DNA of 64,000 bases from an uncultured Chloroflexia bacterium. GTDB lineage: Bacteria > Chloroflexota > Limnocylindria > Limnocylindrales > CSP1-4. This document shows positions 8,621 through 19,974 of the stretch, piece after piece; position 1 is the first letter of the stretch, and each line of letters starts with the position of its first letter. A model generated the notes under the pieces. That model ran no database searches. It was not told the DNA's origin and saw nothing but the letters and a program-made list of their open reading frames with translations. Position numbers and translations under genes: made by a program. The stretch spans positions 35,968-99,967 of the forward strand of contig CAVQJC010000008.1 of the NCBI GenBank assembly GCA_963712745.1, in the 5' to 3' direction.

Positions 8621-11371
8621 ATGACCGATACACCTCCCACCCCAGCTCCTGTCCAAGACGACACGTCCAAGTCCGCGAAGCCGGTTCGCAGCTCACTGAA
8701 GACTTTCTTCAAGCCGCAGGCCGTGGCCCTCATCGGCGCCACGGAGAAGGCCGGCAGCGTCGGCCGAACGATCCTCTCGAACCTCATCGCCAGCCCCTTC
8801 GGCGGGACCGTCTACCCGGTCAACCCCAACCGCCCCAGCGTCCTGGGCATCCAGAGCCACCCCAACATCGCGTCCATCCCCGAGAAAGTGGACCTCGCGG
8901 TCATCGTGACGCCGCCCAAGTCGATCCCGGGGATCATCGAGGAGTGCGGCGAGGCGGGTGTGCCTTCTGTGGTGGTCATCTCGGCCGGTTTCAAGGAAGT
9001 CGGTGAGGAGGGCGCGCAACTGGAGCGCGATGTCGTGGCCAAGGCCGCCGAGTACGGCATGCGTGTCATCGGCCCCAACTGCCTCGGCGTGATGAATCCC
9101 ATCAGCGGCCTCAACGCCACCTTCGCGGCAGGCATGGCCAACAAGGGACGGGTCTCGTTCATCGGCCAGTCCGGCGCACTCATCACCGCCATCCTCGACT
9201 GGAGCTTGCGAGAGGGTGCCGGGTTCAGCTCGATCGTCTCGCTCGGCTCCATGGCCGACGTGGGCTGGGGCGACCTCATCGACTACCTCGGTGACGACCC
9301 CGACACCGATGCCATCGTCATCTACATGGAGACGGTGGGTGATGCCCGCGCGTTCCTCTCGGCCGTCCGCGAGGTGGCGCTGCAGAAGCCCATCATCGTG
9401 ATGAAGCCCGGGCGCACCGCGGAGGCGTCCCGCGCAGCCGCCTCGCATACCGGCTCCATGACCGGCTCCGACGAGGTCCTCGACACGGCCTTCCGCCGTA
9501 CCGGCGTCCTGCGCGCTGACCGCATCAGCGACCTCTTCTACTTCGCCGAGATCCTGGGCAAGCAGCCGCTGCCCAAGGGTCCCAACCTGACCGTGCTCAC
9601 CAACGCCGGCGGTCCCGGCGTGCTCGCCACGGACGCCCTCATCCGCAGCGGTGGCAAGCTGGCGCCCCTGTCGGAGGAGACCATCGCCAAGCTCGACAAG
9701 GTCCTGCCGGCCACGTGGTCGAGGGCCAATCCCATCGACATCATCGGTGACGCCCCGCCCGATCGCTACGCGGCGGCGCTGGACATCATGGCCCATGACC
9801 CCGACAGCGACGGCCTGCTGGTCATCCTGACGCCCCAGGCCATGACCGACCCCACCAAGACGGCGCGGGAGATCATCCCGTACACCACCGACTCGGACAA
9901 GCCCATCATGGCCTCCTGGATGGGTGGCAGCGACATCGAGACCGGTGAGCGCATCCTGGGTGAGGCTGGTGTGGCCACCTTTCCCTATCCCGACAGCGCC
10001 GCCCACATGTTCACCGAGCTGGTGGCCTACAGCGAGAACCTCAAGTCGCTCTACGAGACCCCCGGCCTGACACCCGAGTGGGTGCGCCGCCCCCAGCGCA
10101 CACGGGCACGCCAATTGATAGAACAGGCGCGCGCCGAAGGTCGCACGACCTTGTCCGAGCCGGAGTCCAAGGAGCTGCTCGACGCCTACGGCATCCCCGT
10201 CGCGGAAACGCGGGTGGCCGCCACGGTCGAAGAAGCGGTCGCGGCTGCCGAGGACATCGGCTACCCGGTGGTCGTCAAGCTCGTGAGCCATACCATCACC
10301 CACAAGTCGGACGTCGGTGGGGTGCGCCTCGACCTGCCCGATGCTGAGGCGGTCCGTGAGGCATACAGCGGTATCCGGTCGAACGTCAGTGAGCAGTACA
10401 GCGCGGCCGACTTCGAAGGCGTCTCGGTCCAGCCCATGATCGATCGCAGCGGCTACGAGCTCATCCTCGGCAGCAGCATCGACCCGCAGTTCGGCCCGGT
10501 CCTGCTGTTCGGGCTCGGCGGCACGCTGGTGGAGGTGTTCAAGGACAGCTCCCTGGGCCTGCCACCCCTGACCGCCACGCTCGCGCGCCGGATGATGGAG
10601 AACACCAAGATCTACACCGCGCTCAAGGGCGTGCGCGGCCAGAGCAGCGTTGACATGGCCGCGCTCGAGCAGTTGCTGGTCCGCTTCAGCGAGCTCGTCG
10701 TGGAGCAGCCGGCCATCGCCGAGCTGGACATCAACCCCCTCCTGGCCTCACCCGAGCGGCTCATGGCCCTCGATGCCCGCGTCATCCTTCAGCCGAGCGA
10801 CGTAGCCGACGAGGACCTGCCCAAGCCGGCCATCCGACCCTACCCCCGCAAGTACGCCAAGCCCTGGAAGTCAGAGACGGACATCGACTTCGTCATCCGG
10901 CCGATCCGTCCAGAGGACGAGTCGCTGGTCATCGACTTCCACGGTCGCCTGAGCAACGAAACGGTCTACCAGCGCTACTTCACCAAGCTCGGCTACGAGC
11001 AGCGCGTGGCTCATGAGCGACTCGTGCGAGTGTGCTTCACCGACTACGACCGTGAGATCGCCCTCGTTGCCGAGCGTCTCGACCCCGAGACCCAGAAGCT
11101 CTGCATCGCCGGCATCGCGCGGCTCATCCGCCTGCACAACTCGAGCACCGCCGAGTTCTCGCTCATCGTGGCCGACGACTACCAGGGCCACGGCCTTGGT
11201 ACCGAGATGGTCCGCCGGCTCATCGACGTTGGCCGCGAAGAGGGCCTCGACCGGATGGTCGCGGAGATCCTCGGTGCCAGCGGCGGCATGGTCCGCATCT
11301 GTGACGAGCTGGGCTTCACCATCAGCGCCGACGAAGACGGCGAAACGGTCCAGGCAGAGCTGAAGCTGTAG
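8621..11371 (+). CDS. Acetate-CoA ligase (ADP-forming)-like protein with C-terminal GNAT domain (Pat/PatZ-type lysine acetyltransferase)
   Basis: [29 protein letters not shown]-grasp ELDINPLL, C-terminal [12 protein letters not shown]. Confidence 0.92.
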   Translation: MTDTPPTPAPVQDDTSKSAKPVRSSLKTFFKPQAVALIGATEKAGSVGRTILSNLIASPFGGTVYPVNPNRPSVLGIQSHPNIASIPEKVDLAVIVTPPKSIPGIIEECGEAGVPSVVVISAGFKEVGEEGAQLERDVVAKAAEYGMRVIGPNCLGVMNPISGLNATFAAGMANKGRVSFIGQSGALITAILDWSLREGAGFSSIVSLGSMADVGWGDLIDYLGDDPDTDAIVIYMETVGDARAFLSAVREVALQKPIIVMKPGRTAEASRAAASHTGSMTGSDEVLDTAFRRTGVLRADRISDLFYFAEILGKQPLPKGPNLTVLTNAGGPGVLATDALIRSGGKLAPLSEETIAKLDKVLPATWSRANPIDIIGDAPPDRYAAALDIMAHDPDSDGLLVILTPQAMTDPTKTAREIIPYTTDSDKPIMASWMGGSDIETGERILGEAGVATFPYPDSAAHMFTELVAYSENLKSLYETPGLTPEWVRRPQRTRARQLIEQARAEGRTTLSEPESKELLDAYGIPVAETRVAATVEEAVAAAEDIGYPVVVKLVSHTITHKSDVGGVRLDLPDAEAVREAYSGIRSNVSEQYSAADFEGVSVQPMIDRSGYELILGSSIDPQFGPVLLFGLGGTLVEVFKDSSLGLPPLTATLARRMMENTKIYTALKGVRGQSSVDMAALEQLLVRFSELVVEQPAIAELDINPLLASPERLMALDARVILQPSDVADEDLPKPAIRPYPRKYAKPWKSETDIDFVIRPIRPEDESLVIDFHGRLSNETVYQRYFTKLGYEQRVAHERLVRVCFTDYDREIALVAERLDPETQKLCIAGIARLIRLHNSSTAEFSLIVADDYQGHGLGTEMVRRLIDVGREEGLDRMVAEILGASGGMVRICDELGFTISADEDGETVQAELKL

Positions 11372-11399
11372 CGGTCGGCGCAGCGAGGATCTCGCAGGC

Positions 11400-12452
11400 T
11401 CAGTCCATCTGGTCCAATTCGACCGGCTTGGAACGGTAGCGCGTGACCAGCTCGCGCACGGCCACCTGGTTGCGTACCGGCGGCAGGCCCTGCTCCATCA
11501 GCGCCAGGTCGTCGAGGACCATCTCACCGATGGCGTCGAAGGCCTGCTTGATACCACCCGCGCGGTGGGCCTGGAGCACCATGTTCTCGACCCGGCGGGC
11601 CGGGTGGTCGGCCGGGGCCGGCTCATCGGGCCAGACGTCGGTGGCCGCCAGGAATCGACCCTCGTCGACATACTGGACCATGGCCTCGAAGTCCACGACT
11701 GCGGCTCGGCTGGAGAGGATGACGCGCGCACCCTCCGGGATGAGCTTCATGTTCTCGGCGTTGAGGAGATGGGTCGACTCTTCGGTGACCGTGGCCAGCA
11801 CGAACAGGAACGTGCTCCTGGACAGGACCTCCTCCAGCGACGACGGCACCATGCCCGCCTCACGGATGACCGAGTCCGGCAGCCAAGGGTCGTAACAGCG
11901 GACGACCGACGGGCGGAAGGGTTCCAGCAGCGGCAGCAGCTTGCGCCCGATGTTGCCGTAGCCGAGGATGCCCATCTCCGAGCCGCGCAGTAGGATCGAG
12001 TCCTGCGTGGACTGGAAGACGTAGCCCTCTCGGCCCTCGCGGAAGGCACGGTCCTCGCGGCTGATGCTGCGGGCAAGGTCGATGGCCAGGCCCAGCGAGA
12101 ACTCGGCCACGGCCTGGGCGTAGGTGGGCATGCAAGCGACGACGTTGATGCCGCGCTCGAAGCAGGCGTCGTAGTCGACGTTCTGGAAGAAGTTGCCCTC
12201 GACATTGAGGATGCCGCGGAGCCGGGGCGCTCGCTCGAGCCGCTCCCGCGGCAGGTCGGGCTGGCCGATGATGGCGAAGACTTCCCGCAGGCATGACTCG
12301 ATGAGCTCCTCCGAGGGATCGGCCTCGCCGTCGATGACGGTGTAGCGCTCGTGCAACCGGTGCAGCGCCTCGTCGGTGAAGATGCGCTCGATGGTCTGCG
12401 GCGCGGGACGCAGCAGGACGACGGGCTTGGCAGGGACGACCTGGTCGGACAT
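11400..12452 (-). CDS. D-isomer-specific 2-hydroxyacid dehydrogenase
   Basis: GILGYGNIG NAD-binding motif, SRAAVVD, ATDVWPDEP, HRAGG. Confidence 0.9.
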   Translation of the reverse strand: MSDQVVPAKPVVLLRPAPQTIERIFTDEALHRLHERYTVIDGEADPSEELIESCLREVFAIIGQPDLPRERLERAPRLRGILNVEGNFFQNVDYDACFERGINVVACMPTYAQAVAEFSLGLAIDLARSISREDRAFREGREGYVFQSTQDSILLRGSEMGILGYGNIGRKLLPLLEPFRPSVVRCYDPWLPDSVIREAGMVPSSLEEVLSRSTFLFVLATVTEESTHLLNAENMKLIPEGARVILSSRAAVVDFEAMVQYVDEGRFLAATDVWPDEPAPADHPARRVENMVLQAHRAGGIKQAFDAIGEMVLDDLALMEQGLPPVRNQVAVRELVTRYRSKPVELDQMD

Positions 12453-12565
12453 GGGATCCTCCGGGCGTGGTCGCGGCCACGCTCAGCAGCCGCGTTCGGA
12501 CACTGCGACCGAGGGTACTCCTACGCCTCACGGACCGAGCGACCGGCTCGCTAGAATCGGCCTCC

Positions 12566-13381
12566 ATGACCGACCCCAGCCGTGAACCGGGCCGCGAGGC
12601 CGACCGCCGAGGACGACAGGCCCCGGCCATCCCCGACGGCGCCTCCATCGGCCCGCCCGATTTCATCGGTGTGGGCGTGCACAAGGCAGGTACGACGTGG
12701 TGGTGGGCGCTGCTGGTGGGCCACCCCCTGGTCGACGGGGTGCCTCGCCGCAAGGAGCTGCACCTGCTCGACCGCATGCTCGACGACCCCATCGACGAGG
12801 CGCGGAAGGACTGGTACTACCGCCAGTTCCCGCGCTTGCCCGGCCACCAGGCCGGGGAGTGGACGCCGCGCTATCAGGCCCTGCCACGGATGCCGGCCAT
12901 CATCAAGGAGGTCGCCCCCGAGGCCAGGCTGCTGACGATCGTGCGCGAACCCATCGAGCGCTACCGCTCGGGCCTCAACCAGTGGCACACCGAGAACCGG
13001 CGACGGGGTCTCAAGCGCGACAGGAGGTCGGGCCAGCGCGAAGCGAGGATGCGCGGGTTCTACGGTCGTCAGCTGGAGCGCCTGGCCGAAGCGGTGGGGC
13101 GCGAGCGGATCCTGATGCTCCAGTACGAGCAGTGTGTGCGCGACCCGGCCGGCCACTTCGCACGCACGCTCGAGTTCCTCGAGCTGCCGCCGTACGAGCC
13201 CGACCCGCGGCTGGTGCGAACGCGCGTCAACCAGACCGTGGGCGACAAGCGCACGGTCTCAGGCAAGGACGAGCAGGCCCTGGTGACCGAATACGAGCCC
13301 GAGGTGCTCAAGCTCAAGCAGCTCATGCCGGACCTGGACCTCTCGCTCTGGCCTCGCTTCGCGCACCTCGAGCGAGGCTGA
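12566..13381 (+). CDS. Sulfotransferase family protein
   Basis: PDFIGVGVHKAGTT 5'-PSB loop, KELH, GEWTPRY, IVREPIERYRS 3'-PB motif. Confidence 0.85.
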   Translation: MTDPSREPGREADRRGRQAPAIPDGASIGPPDFIGVGVHKAGTTWWWALLVGHPLVDGVPRRKELHLLDRMLDDPIDEARKDWYYRQFPRLPGHQAGEWTPRYQALPRMPAIIKEVAPEARLLTIVREPIERYRSGLNQWHTENRRRGLKRDRRSGQREARMRGFYGRQLERLAEAVGRERILMLQYEQCVRDPAGHFARTLEFLELPPYEPDPRLVRTRVNQTVGDKRTVSGKDEQALVTEYEPEVLKLKQLMPDLDLSLWPRFAHLERG

Positions 13382-13536
13382 GACCCGGTCTACTCCGTCA
13401 CTTCGGGCGGCATCGACTCGTCCGTCCGCTGCTGGCCAGCCTCGAGCATCACGACCGGCCCTCTGGTCACAGGGCCTTCACGGCTCCTGCGCTACCCTCA
13501 CGGTCGTCGCAAGCAACAGGAGTCTGAACGCGCGTC

Positions 13537-14256
13537 ATGTGGATGTTTGGTCTGTGGATCGACCCGCTCTACCTTGTCCTCTTCGTGGCCACGCTCGTCA
13601 TCTCGGGCGCGGCCCAGGTCTACATCAAGTCGACGTTCGCCAAGTGGAGTGGCGTGCGCGCAAGCTCCGGCTTAGCAGGCGTCCGCATCGGTGAGCGGCT
13701 GGTGCAAGACGTCGACTTTGGCGGCAGCCGTGGGCCGGCCACCGGCATCAGCTTCAAGATCGTGCCTGGCGACCTGTCGGACCACTTCGACCCGCGCACC
13801 AAGGAGATCGGCCTCAGCCAGGAAGTCGCCTCGCGCGACTCGGTGGCCGCGATGGCAGTGACCGCCCACGAGGTCGGGCACGCGCAGCAGGATGCGGAGG
13901 GTTCGGTGGCCATGCGCGCACGCGCATTCCTCGTACCCGCGGTCACGTTCAGCCCCACCGTCAGCTACCTGCTCATCTTCGTCGGACTCATCTTCAACCT
14001 GACCGGCCTGTTCTGGCTGGGCATCGTCGTGTTCGGCCTGATGGTGCTCTTCAGCATCCTCACGTTGCCGGTCGAGATCGGCGCCAGCCGCCGCGCCTTG
14101 GTCATGCTCCGCGACACGGGCCTGGTGGCCAACGAACAGGACGAACAGGGCGTGAAGCGCGTGCTCACGGCCGCCGCCATGACCTACGTCGCTGCCGCGG
14201 TGACATCGATCCTGACGCTGCTCTACTACCTCTCGATCGCGCGCCGGAACGGCTAG
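13537..14256 (+). CDS. Membrane zinc metallopeptidase (YugP/Zn_peptidase_2)
   Basis: LSDHFDP, AHEVGHAQQ, TLPVEIGASRRAL, LTAAAMTYVAA. Confidence 0.92.
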   Translation: MWMFGLWIDPLYLVLFVATLVISGAAQVYIKSTFAKWSGVRASSGLAGVRIGERLVQDVDFGGSRGPATGISFKIVPGDLSDHFDPRTKEIGLSQEVASRDSVAAMAVTAHEVGHAQQDAEGSVAMRARAFLVPAVTFSPTVSYLLIFVGLIFNLTGLFWLGIVVFGLMVLFSILTLPVEIGASRRALVMLRDTGLVANEQDEQGVKRVLTAAAMTYVAAAVTSILTLLYYLSIARRNG

Positions 14257-14273
14257 GCCAGCGCGCTTCCCCG

Positions 14274-15974
14274 ATGACCGACCAGCGAGGACTGCAGCAC
14301 CCCGAGCGCGACCCCTTGGTCGCCGATGACCCCGACGGAGGCGCATCTCCCGTTGGAGCACCCGGAGGGCCAAAGGGCTGGTCACGCCGCGCCGTCGCGG
14401 GCACCGCTCTGCTCATCGGCCTTTTCGTGGCGGTCGGTCTGTTCGCGGCCTGGACCGTTACCCCCGGGCCCGACGAGGAGGCGCTCGCACGCCCGGATGA
14501 CACCGACATCGTGCTCAACGGTGGTGTCCCGCTCTCGTGGGATCCAGCGGCCATCGCCGACGGCACCTCAGCCCAGATGCTGGCGCAGCTGTACGAGGGC
14601 CTGACCGCGCTCGACGCCTCATCCCAGGTGCGGCCGGCGCTGGCCGAGTCATGGCGGGTCGAGGACGATGGCAGGCGCATCGTGTTCGAGCTCCGCGAAG
14701 GCCTCACCTTCAGCGATGGGACGCCGCTGATGGCGGCGGACGTGAGGCGTTCGTGGTTGCGGGTCATCGACCCGGTCTCGCCCAGTCCGCTCTCGAGCCT
14801 GCTCGATATGGTCGCCGGTGCCGAGGCGTATGCGCGCGGCGAAGCACCCGCCGATGAGGTCGGCATCCGCGCCGATGGGCGCACGCTGACCGTCGACTTC
14901 GAGCGACCGGCCGCCTACTTCCCGGCCGTGGCAGCGACGCCGACGCTGGCCGTGGTGCCACCCGCCGTCGAGAGCCAGGCGCGTGGTCCAGAGGGAGACG
15001 CCGACTTCACCGCCAGCGGGGCATACGTGGCCGCTGACCAGGAGCGCGGACAGGTCCGCCTCCGAGCCAACCCGGCCTACTGGGCCGGGATACCGCCGAC
15101 CGAGCGCATCACCGTGGTCACCGACGACGGCGGACGCAGCCAGGTGGACGTCTTCGAGGACGAGGCCGTCGACTGGACCCGCATCGCCGCCAGCGACGCC
15201 TCCTGGATCCGCTATGACCGCTATCTCGGACCGCAGCTCCGCCACACCGAGGAGATGGCCGTGGACCTGCTGGGCTTCGACACCACGCGCCCGCCCTTCG
15301 ACGACGCCGGCGTCCGTCGGGCCGTGGCCATGGCCGTCGACTGGCGCCGTCTGGCGGGCCTCGGCGGGCGCGATGACCGGGCGCCGACGTCGATCGTGCC
15401 GCCGGGTGTGGCCGGCCGTGGCCAGGGCGACTACCTGCTGAGGTATGACCCGGACGCCGCGCGCGCAGAGCTGGCCCAGGCCGGCCACGCGGGCGGCGCC
15501 GGACTTCCGGCAGTGTCCCTGGCGACCTACGGCGTAGGCCCCGCTGCGGCCATCGCCGAGGACCTGTCCCGCGAACTCGGTCTCGAGGTCAACGTGGAAC
15601 GGCGCTCCTTCGAGGAGCACTCGTTGCTGCTCGACCAGGACACGCCTTCGATGTGGACGCTGGCCTGGAGCGCGGATTATCCGCATGCCCACGACTTCCT
15701 CGGGCTGCTGTTGCGGAGCGGCAGCAGCGCCAACGTCAGCGGCTGGAGCGACCCTGCCTACGATCAGTTCATCGATGCCGCGGCCGCCACCGCCGACCCG
15801 GCCGAGCAGGAGCGCCTGTACGGCGAGGCGCAAGCCATCATCCGTGAGTCGGTCCCGGTGATCCCGCTCGACTACGGCGGCAGCTGGTGGCTCAGCCGCG
15901 CGGGCCTGGCCGGGGGTGACATCTCTGGCGTGGGTCTGCTGCGCTACGCCGACCTGGCGTGGTCGGATCGATGA
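14274..15974 (+). CDS. Peptide ABC transporter substrate-binding protein (family 5)
   Basis: LYEGLT, PALAESW, FELREGLTFSDGTPLMAADV, WSADYP; N-terminal TM anchor. Confidence 0.9.
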   Translation: MTDQRGLQHPERDPLVADDPDGGASPVGAPGGPKGWSRRAVAGTALLIGLFVAVGLFAAWTVTPGPDEEALARPDDTDIVLNGGVPLSWDPAAIADGTSAQMLAQLYEGLTALDASSQVRPALAESWRVEDDGRRIVFELREGLTFSDGTPLMAADVRRSWLRVIDPVSPSPLSSLLDMVAGAEAYARGEAPADEVGIRADGRTLTVDFERPAAYFPAVAATPTLAVVPPAVESQARGPEGDADFTASGAYVAADQERGQVRLRANPAYWAGIPPTERITVVTDDGGRSQVDVFEDEAVDWTRIAASDASWIRYDRYLGPQLRHTEEMAVDLLGFDTTRPPFDDAGVRRAVAMAVDWRRLAGLGGRDDRAPTSIVPPGVAGRGQGDYLLRYDPDAARAELAQAGHAGGAGLPAVSLATYGVGPAAAIAEDLSRELGLEVNVERRSFEEHSLLLDQDTPSMWTLAWSADYPHAHDFLGLLLRSGSSANVSGWSDPAYDQFIDAAAATADPAEQERLYGEAQAIIRESVPVIPLDYGGSWWLSRAGLAGGDISGVGLLRYADLAWSDR

Positions 15975-17149
15975 GCCGGCGCCTCGCGTCCCTGGCCACG
16001 ACATCGGTGGCGACACTCCTCCTGCTCCTGCTGGTGGCGTCGGGGGCCGTGGCCGCGGACGGAGCGATCGAGTTCGGCCGACCGAGCGCGAGCGGCGCCT
16101 TCGGCGACGTCGTCACCTTCCGCACGAGCTTCAGCGCTGAAGTGCCGCCCGAACGGGTCGAGCTGCTCACGCGGTTGCCGGGTGACGACAGCGACCGTGT
16201 GAGCATCGCCATCGTCGAGCGCGAGGGCGACGGCTGGGTCGCGAGCGCCTTTCAGGGCGGTCACATCGTGCCCAATTCCAGCTGGAGCTACCGCTTCCGG
16301 GCGGTCACCAGGGAGGGCTCCGTGGAGGGTCCGGCTGCCACGCACCGGCTGGTCGACGACCGCTTCGACTGGCGCTCGCTCGAAGGGGACCGCGTGCGCG
16401 TGTGGTGGCACGAGGGTGACGAGGCTTTCGGCCGGCGGGCACTCGAGATCGGCGAAGAGGCGATGGCTGGCGCAGCAAAGCTGCTGGGGGTCGGCGCCAT
16501 CGAGCCAGTCGACTTCTTCATCTACGCCGACACTCGCGAGTTCCGGCAGGCCATGGGCCCGGCCACGCGCGAGAACGTAGGCGGCCAGGCGCACCCGGGC
16601 ATCCGGACGCTGTTCGGTCTCATCGGACCACGACAGATCGACTCCGACTGGGTCGAGGAGCTGGTGACCCACGAGCTGGCGCATCTGGTCTTCCACGAGG
16701 CCGTCGACAACCCCTACCAGTACCCGCCGCGCTGGCTCAACGAAGGCCTGGCGGTGTATCTCTCCAAGGGCTACGACGGCGCCGACCGGGCGCAGGTCGA
16801 GGGCGCGGCCGGCGGCGGCACCATCATCCCGCTCGAGGGTCTTGGCGGTCAGTTCCCCACGCGCCCCAGCCGCCAGGGCCTGGCCTATGCCGAGTCCATC
16901 GCGGCCGTGGACTACTTCGTGGAGACGTACGGCGAGGAGGGGCTCGTCGAGCTCGTCACTTCGTTCGGCGATGGGAGCGGCCTCGACGGCGCCTTCCTCG
17001 ACGCGACCGGCGCCGACTTCGCGGCCTTCGATTCGGCCTGGCTGGCCTCGCTCGGTGGGGAGCCGCCGGAGCCTTTCGGGCCTCAGCCAGGTGAGCCCGG
17101 ACCGGTTCCCGACGCGTGGGCGGGAGAGGCTGACGCCCTGCTACCCTGA
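15971..17149 (+). CDS. Secreted MA-clan (gluzincin) metallopeptidase
   Basis: Signal peptide; THELAHL...PRWLNEGLA; ATGA overlap with upstream gene. Confidence 0.85.
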   Translation: MSRRLASLATTSVATLLLLLLVASGAVAADGAIEFGRPSASGAFGDVVTFRTSFSAEVPPERVELLTRLPGDDSDRVSIAIVEREGDGWVASAFQGGHIVPNSSWSYRFRAVTREGSVEGPAATHRLVDDRFDWRSLEGDRVRVWWHEGDEAFGRRALEIGEEAMAGAAKLLGVGAIEPVDFFIYADTREFRQAMGPATRENVGGQAHPGIRTLFGLIGPRQIDSDWVEELVTHELAHLVFHEAVDNPYQYPPRWLNEGLAVYLSKGYDGADRAQVEGAAGGGTIIPLEGLGGQFPTRPSRQGLAYAESIAAVDYFVETYGEEGLVELVTSFGDGSGLDGAFLDATGADFAAFDSAWLASLGGEPPEPFGPQPGEPGPVPDAWAGEADALLP

Positions 17150-17157
17150 CGCAGCCC

Positions 17158-18603
17158 ATGTCCGACCTAGCCCGACGCGCCCTTGACACGGCCTCGCAGC
17201 TCGGCGCCGACTACGCCGACGTGCGCATCGTGCGCCGCCTCGACCAGAGCGCTCATGTCAAGTCTGGACGCGTCGAAGGCTTGAGCCTGGGCGAGACCGA
17301 GGGGTTCGGCGTGCGCGTCCTCCTCGATGGAGCGTGGGGCTTCGCCAGCTCGAGCCGGATGGACGGTCCCGAAGCCGACCGGATCGCCGCCCTGGCCGTG
17401 CGCATCGCCCGCGCCTCGGCCCGCCATTCGCGCCGGCCGGTGGTACTCGCCGACCGACCGCCCGCGGTCGGTGCCTACCGGACGCCGCTCGACGAGGATC
17501 CGTTCGAGGTCCCCGTGGACCACACGGTGGACCTGCTGCTGGAGGCGGAGCGGGCGATGGCCGCAGTCAAGGGTGTCACCACGACGCGCGCCGACTATCA
17601 CGCCCACCGGGAGTGGAAGGACTTCCACGCCAGCGACGGATCGCACACCGAGCAGGTGGTCACCCACGTGGGTGCGGGACTGGAGGTCAACGCCGCCGAT
17701 GCCGACGACGTGCAGCGGCGCAGCTACCCCGAGGCGGGTGGCTACCGCGCGGCGGGCTACGAGCACGTCCGCGCGCTCCATCTGGTCGAACGCGCCCCGG
17801 AGCTGGCGGCGGAAGCGGTAGAGCTGCTGTCGGCACCGGTGCTGCCCCCGGGCCGGCGCACGGTCATCCTGCATCCCTCGCAGCTGTACCTGCAGATCCA
17901 TGAGTCGTGTGGCCACCCCACGGAGCTCGACCGGGTCTTCGGCACCGAGGCCGCCTACGCCGGCACCAGCTTCCTCACCACCGACAAGCTCGAATCGCGG
18001 TTCGCCTATGGATCGGAGCTGGTCACGATCGTGGCCGACGCCACCACGCCCGGCGGCCTGGGCACGTTCGGCTGGGACGACGAGGGTGTCGAGGCCCAGC
18101 GGGTGCCGCTCATCGATGAGGGCATCCTGAGCGGCTATCTCTCGAGTCGTGAGACGGCTTCTCGCATCGGGCGTCCCAGCAACGGCACGGTCCGTGCCGA
18201 CGGCTGGAACCGGCTGCCGCTCATCCGCATGACCAACATCAACCTCGAGCCGAGGCCGGGCCTGAGCTTCGATGACATCATCGCCGACACCGACGACGGC
18301 CTCCTGTTCATGAACAATCGCAGCTGGTCCATCGACGACCGGCGGCTCAATTTCCAGTTCGGGGTAGAGGTCGCTCGCGAGATCAGGCACGGCCGGCTGG
18401 GCCGGCTCTACCGCAACGCAACCTATACGGGAATCACGCCGGTGTTCTGGGGCTCATGCGACGCGGTCGCCGACCAGAGCAGCTGGCAGCTGGTCGGCGT
18501 CACCAACTGCGGCAAGGGCCAGCCGGGCCAGGGCATGCACGTGGGCCACGGCAGCAGCGGTGCGCGGTTCCGCGATGTCGAGGTCGGGGTGGGCAACGCA
18601 TGA
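17158..18603 (+). CDS. tldD: TldD metalloprotease
   Basis: IHESCGHPTELDR, FGWDDEG, RMTNINL, CGKGQP. Confidence 0.93.
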   Translation: MSDLARRALDTASQLGADYADVRIVRRLDQSAHVKSGRVEGLSLGETEGFGVRVLLDGAWGFASSSRMDGPEADRIAALAVRIARASARHSRRPVVLADRPPAVGAYRTPLDEDPFEVPVDHTVDLLLEAERAMAAVKGVTTTRADYHAHREWKDFHASDGSHTEQVVTHVGAGLEVNAADADDVQRRSYPEAGGYRAAGYEHVRALHLVERAPELAAEAVELLSAPVLPPGRRTVILHPSQLYLQIHESCGHPTELDRVFGTEAAYAGTSFLTTDKLESRFAYGSELVTIVADATTPGGLGTFGWDDEGVEAQRVPLIDEGILSGYLSSRETASRIGRPSNGTVRADGWNRLPLIRMTNINLEPRPGLSFDDIIADTDDGLLFMNNRSWSIDDRRLNFQFGVEVAREIRHGRLGRLYRNATYTGITPVFWGSCDAVADQSSWQLVGVTNCGKGQPGQGMHVGHGSSGARFRDVEVGVGNA

Positions 18604-19959
18604 GCGATCCCGTTCGAGCGCCCGGCTCGGAGATCGCCGCACGGGTCGTGGCCATGGCGCTCGAGGAGGGCGCGAGCCAGGCTGAAGCCGTGGTGGTCGA
18701 TGGGCACAGTGCCCTCACACGCTTCGCCAACAATGAGCTGCACCAGAACGTGGCCGAGGACGACACGGCCATCAACCTTCGCTTCGTCGATGGCCAGCGT
18801 ATCGGCGTGGCTGCCGGGAACCGACACGACGATGGATCGACTGCGCCGTCTCGCTCGCGCGGCCGCTGAGACCGCTCGCCTGCAGCCTGAGCAGTCCTGG
18901 TTCCGCTCGCTGCCCGAGCCCGGCCCGGTGTCATTGCGCCAAGGCGCCTGGGCGGCATCTACGGCGGAGGCCGACCCGGACGTGCGCGCCGACATGGCCG
19001 CCGCCGTCATCGCGGCGGCGGAGGGCGTGGGGGCCCAGGCCTTTGGTCTCGTCGAGACCGGTTCGGAGACCGTCAGCGTCGTCAACTCGCTCGGCATCGA
19101 CGTCAGCGAACTGCGCTCGCGGAGCGAGGTGCTGACGGTGATGATGGGCCCCGGCGGGGGGACCGGCTACGCCGAGCGGGTGGCGGTCGACGTGGAGAGG
19201 CTCGATGCCTCTGCCCTGGGACGGGAGGCTGCCGAGCGGACGGCGGCCATGAGCGACCCGGTGGAGCTGCCGGCCGGGGACTACCCGGTCGTGCTCGAGG
19301 GCTACGCCACCATGGACCTGGCCATGTGGCTGGGCCTCGTCGGCTTCAACGCCCAGGACGTGCAGGAGCAGCAGTCGTTCTACGAGGACGGCAAGGTCGT
19401 GGCCTCGCCGCTCATCAGCCTCGCCGACGACGGTGCCGACCCGGAAGGCACCCCGGCGTCGTTCGACTACGAGGGCGTAGCCAAGCAGCGTGTGCCGCTC
19501 ATCGAGGCGGGGGTCTGTCGTGAGGTCGTGCACGACACCAGGACCGCCACCCACGACGGTGTGCGCTCCACGGGCCACGCGCTGCCGGCACCGAACCCCT
19601 GGGGGCCTCATCCCTTCAACCTCAGCATGGCGGCGGGTGAGACCTCGCGCGAGGAACTCATCGGCGGGCTCGAGCGCGGGCTGCTGGTCACGCGCTTCCA
19701 CTACACCAACATCGTCCAGCCCAAGCAGGTCAAGGTCACCGGCATGACCAAGGACGGGCTCTTCCTGGTCGAGGAGGGCAAGATCACAGCGGGCGTGCGC
19801 AATCTGCGCTTCACCCAGAGCTACCTCGACGCACTGGCCTCGGTCGAAGCCGTGAGCCGCGAGCGACGGGCCATCGACGGAGATGGATATCTCGGTACCA
19901 TCGTGGTCCCGGCACTTCGTCTCGGGTCGTTCGGCTTCACCGGCACGACCGAGCACTAG
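18600..19959 (+). CDS. pmbA: TldE/PmbA protein with a frameshift near 18835 (sequencing error or pseudogene)
   Basis: N-terminal ALTRFANNELHQN is in one frame; FDYEG, STGHA, GLLVTRFHY, TGMTKDG, VRNLRFTQS are in another. Confidence 0.85.
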
Positions 19960-19974
19960 GACGGGAGGGAGTGG

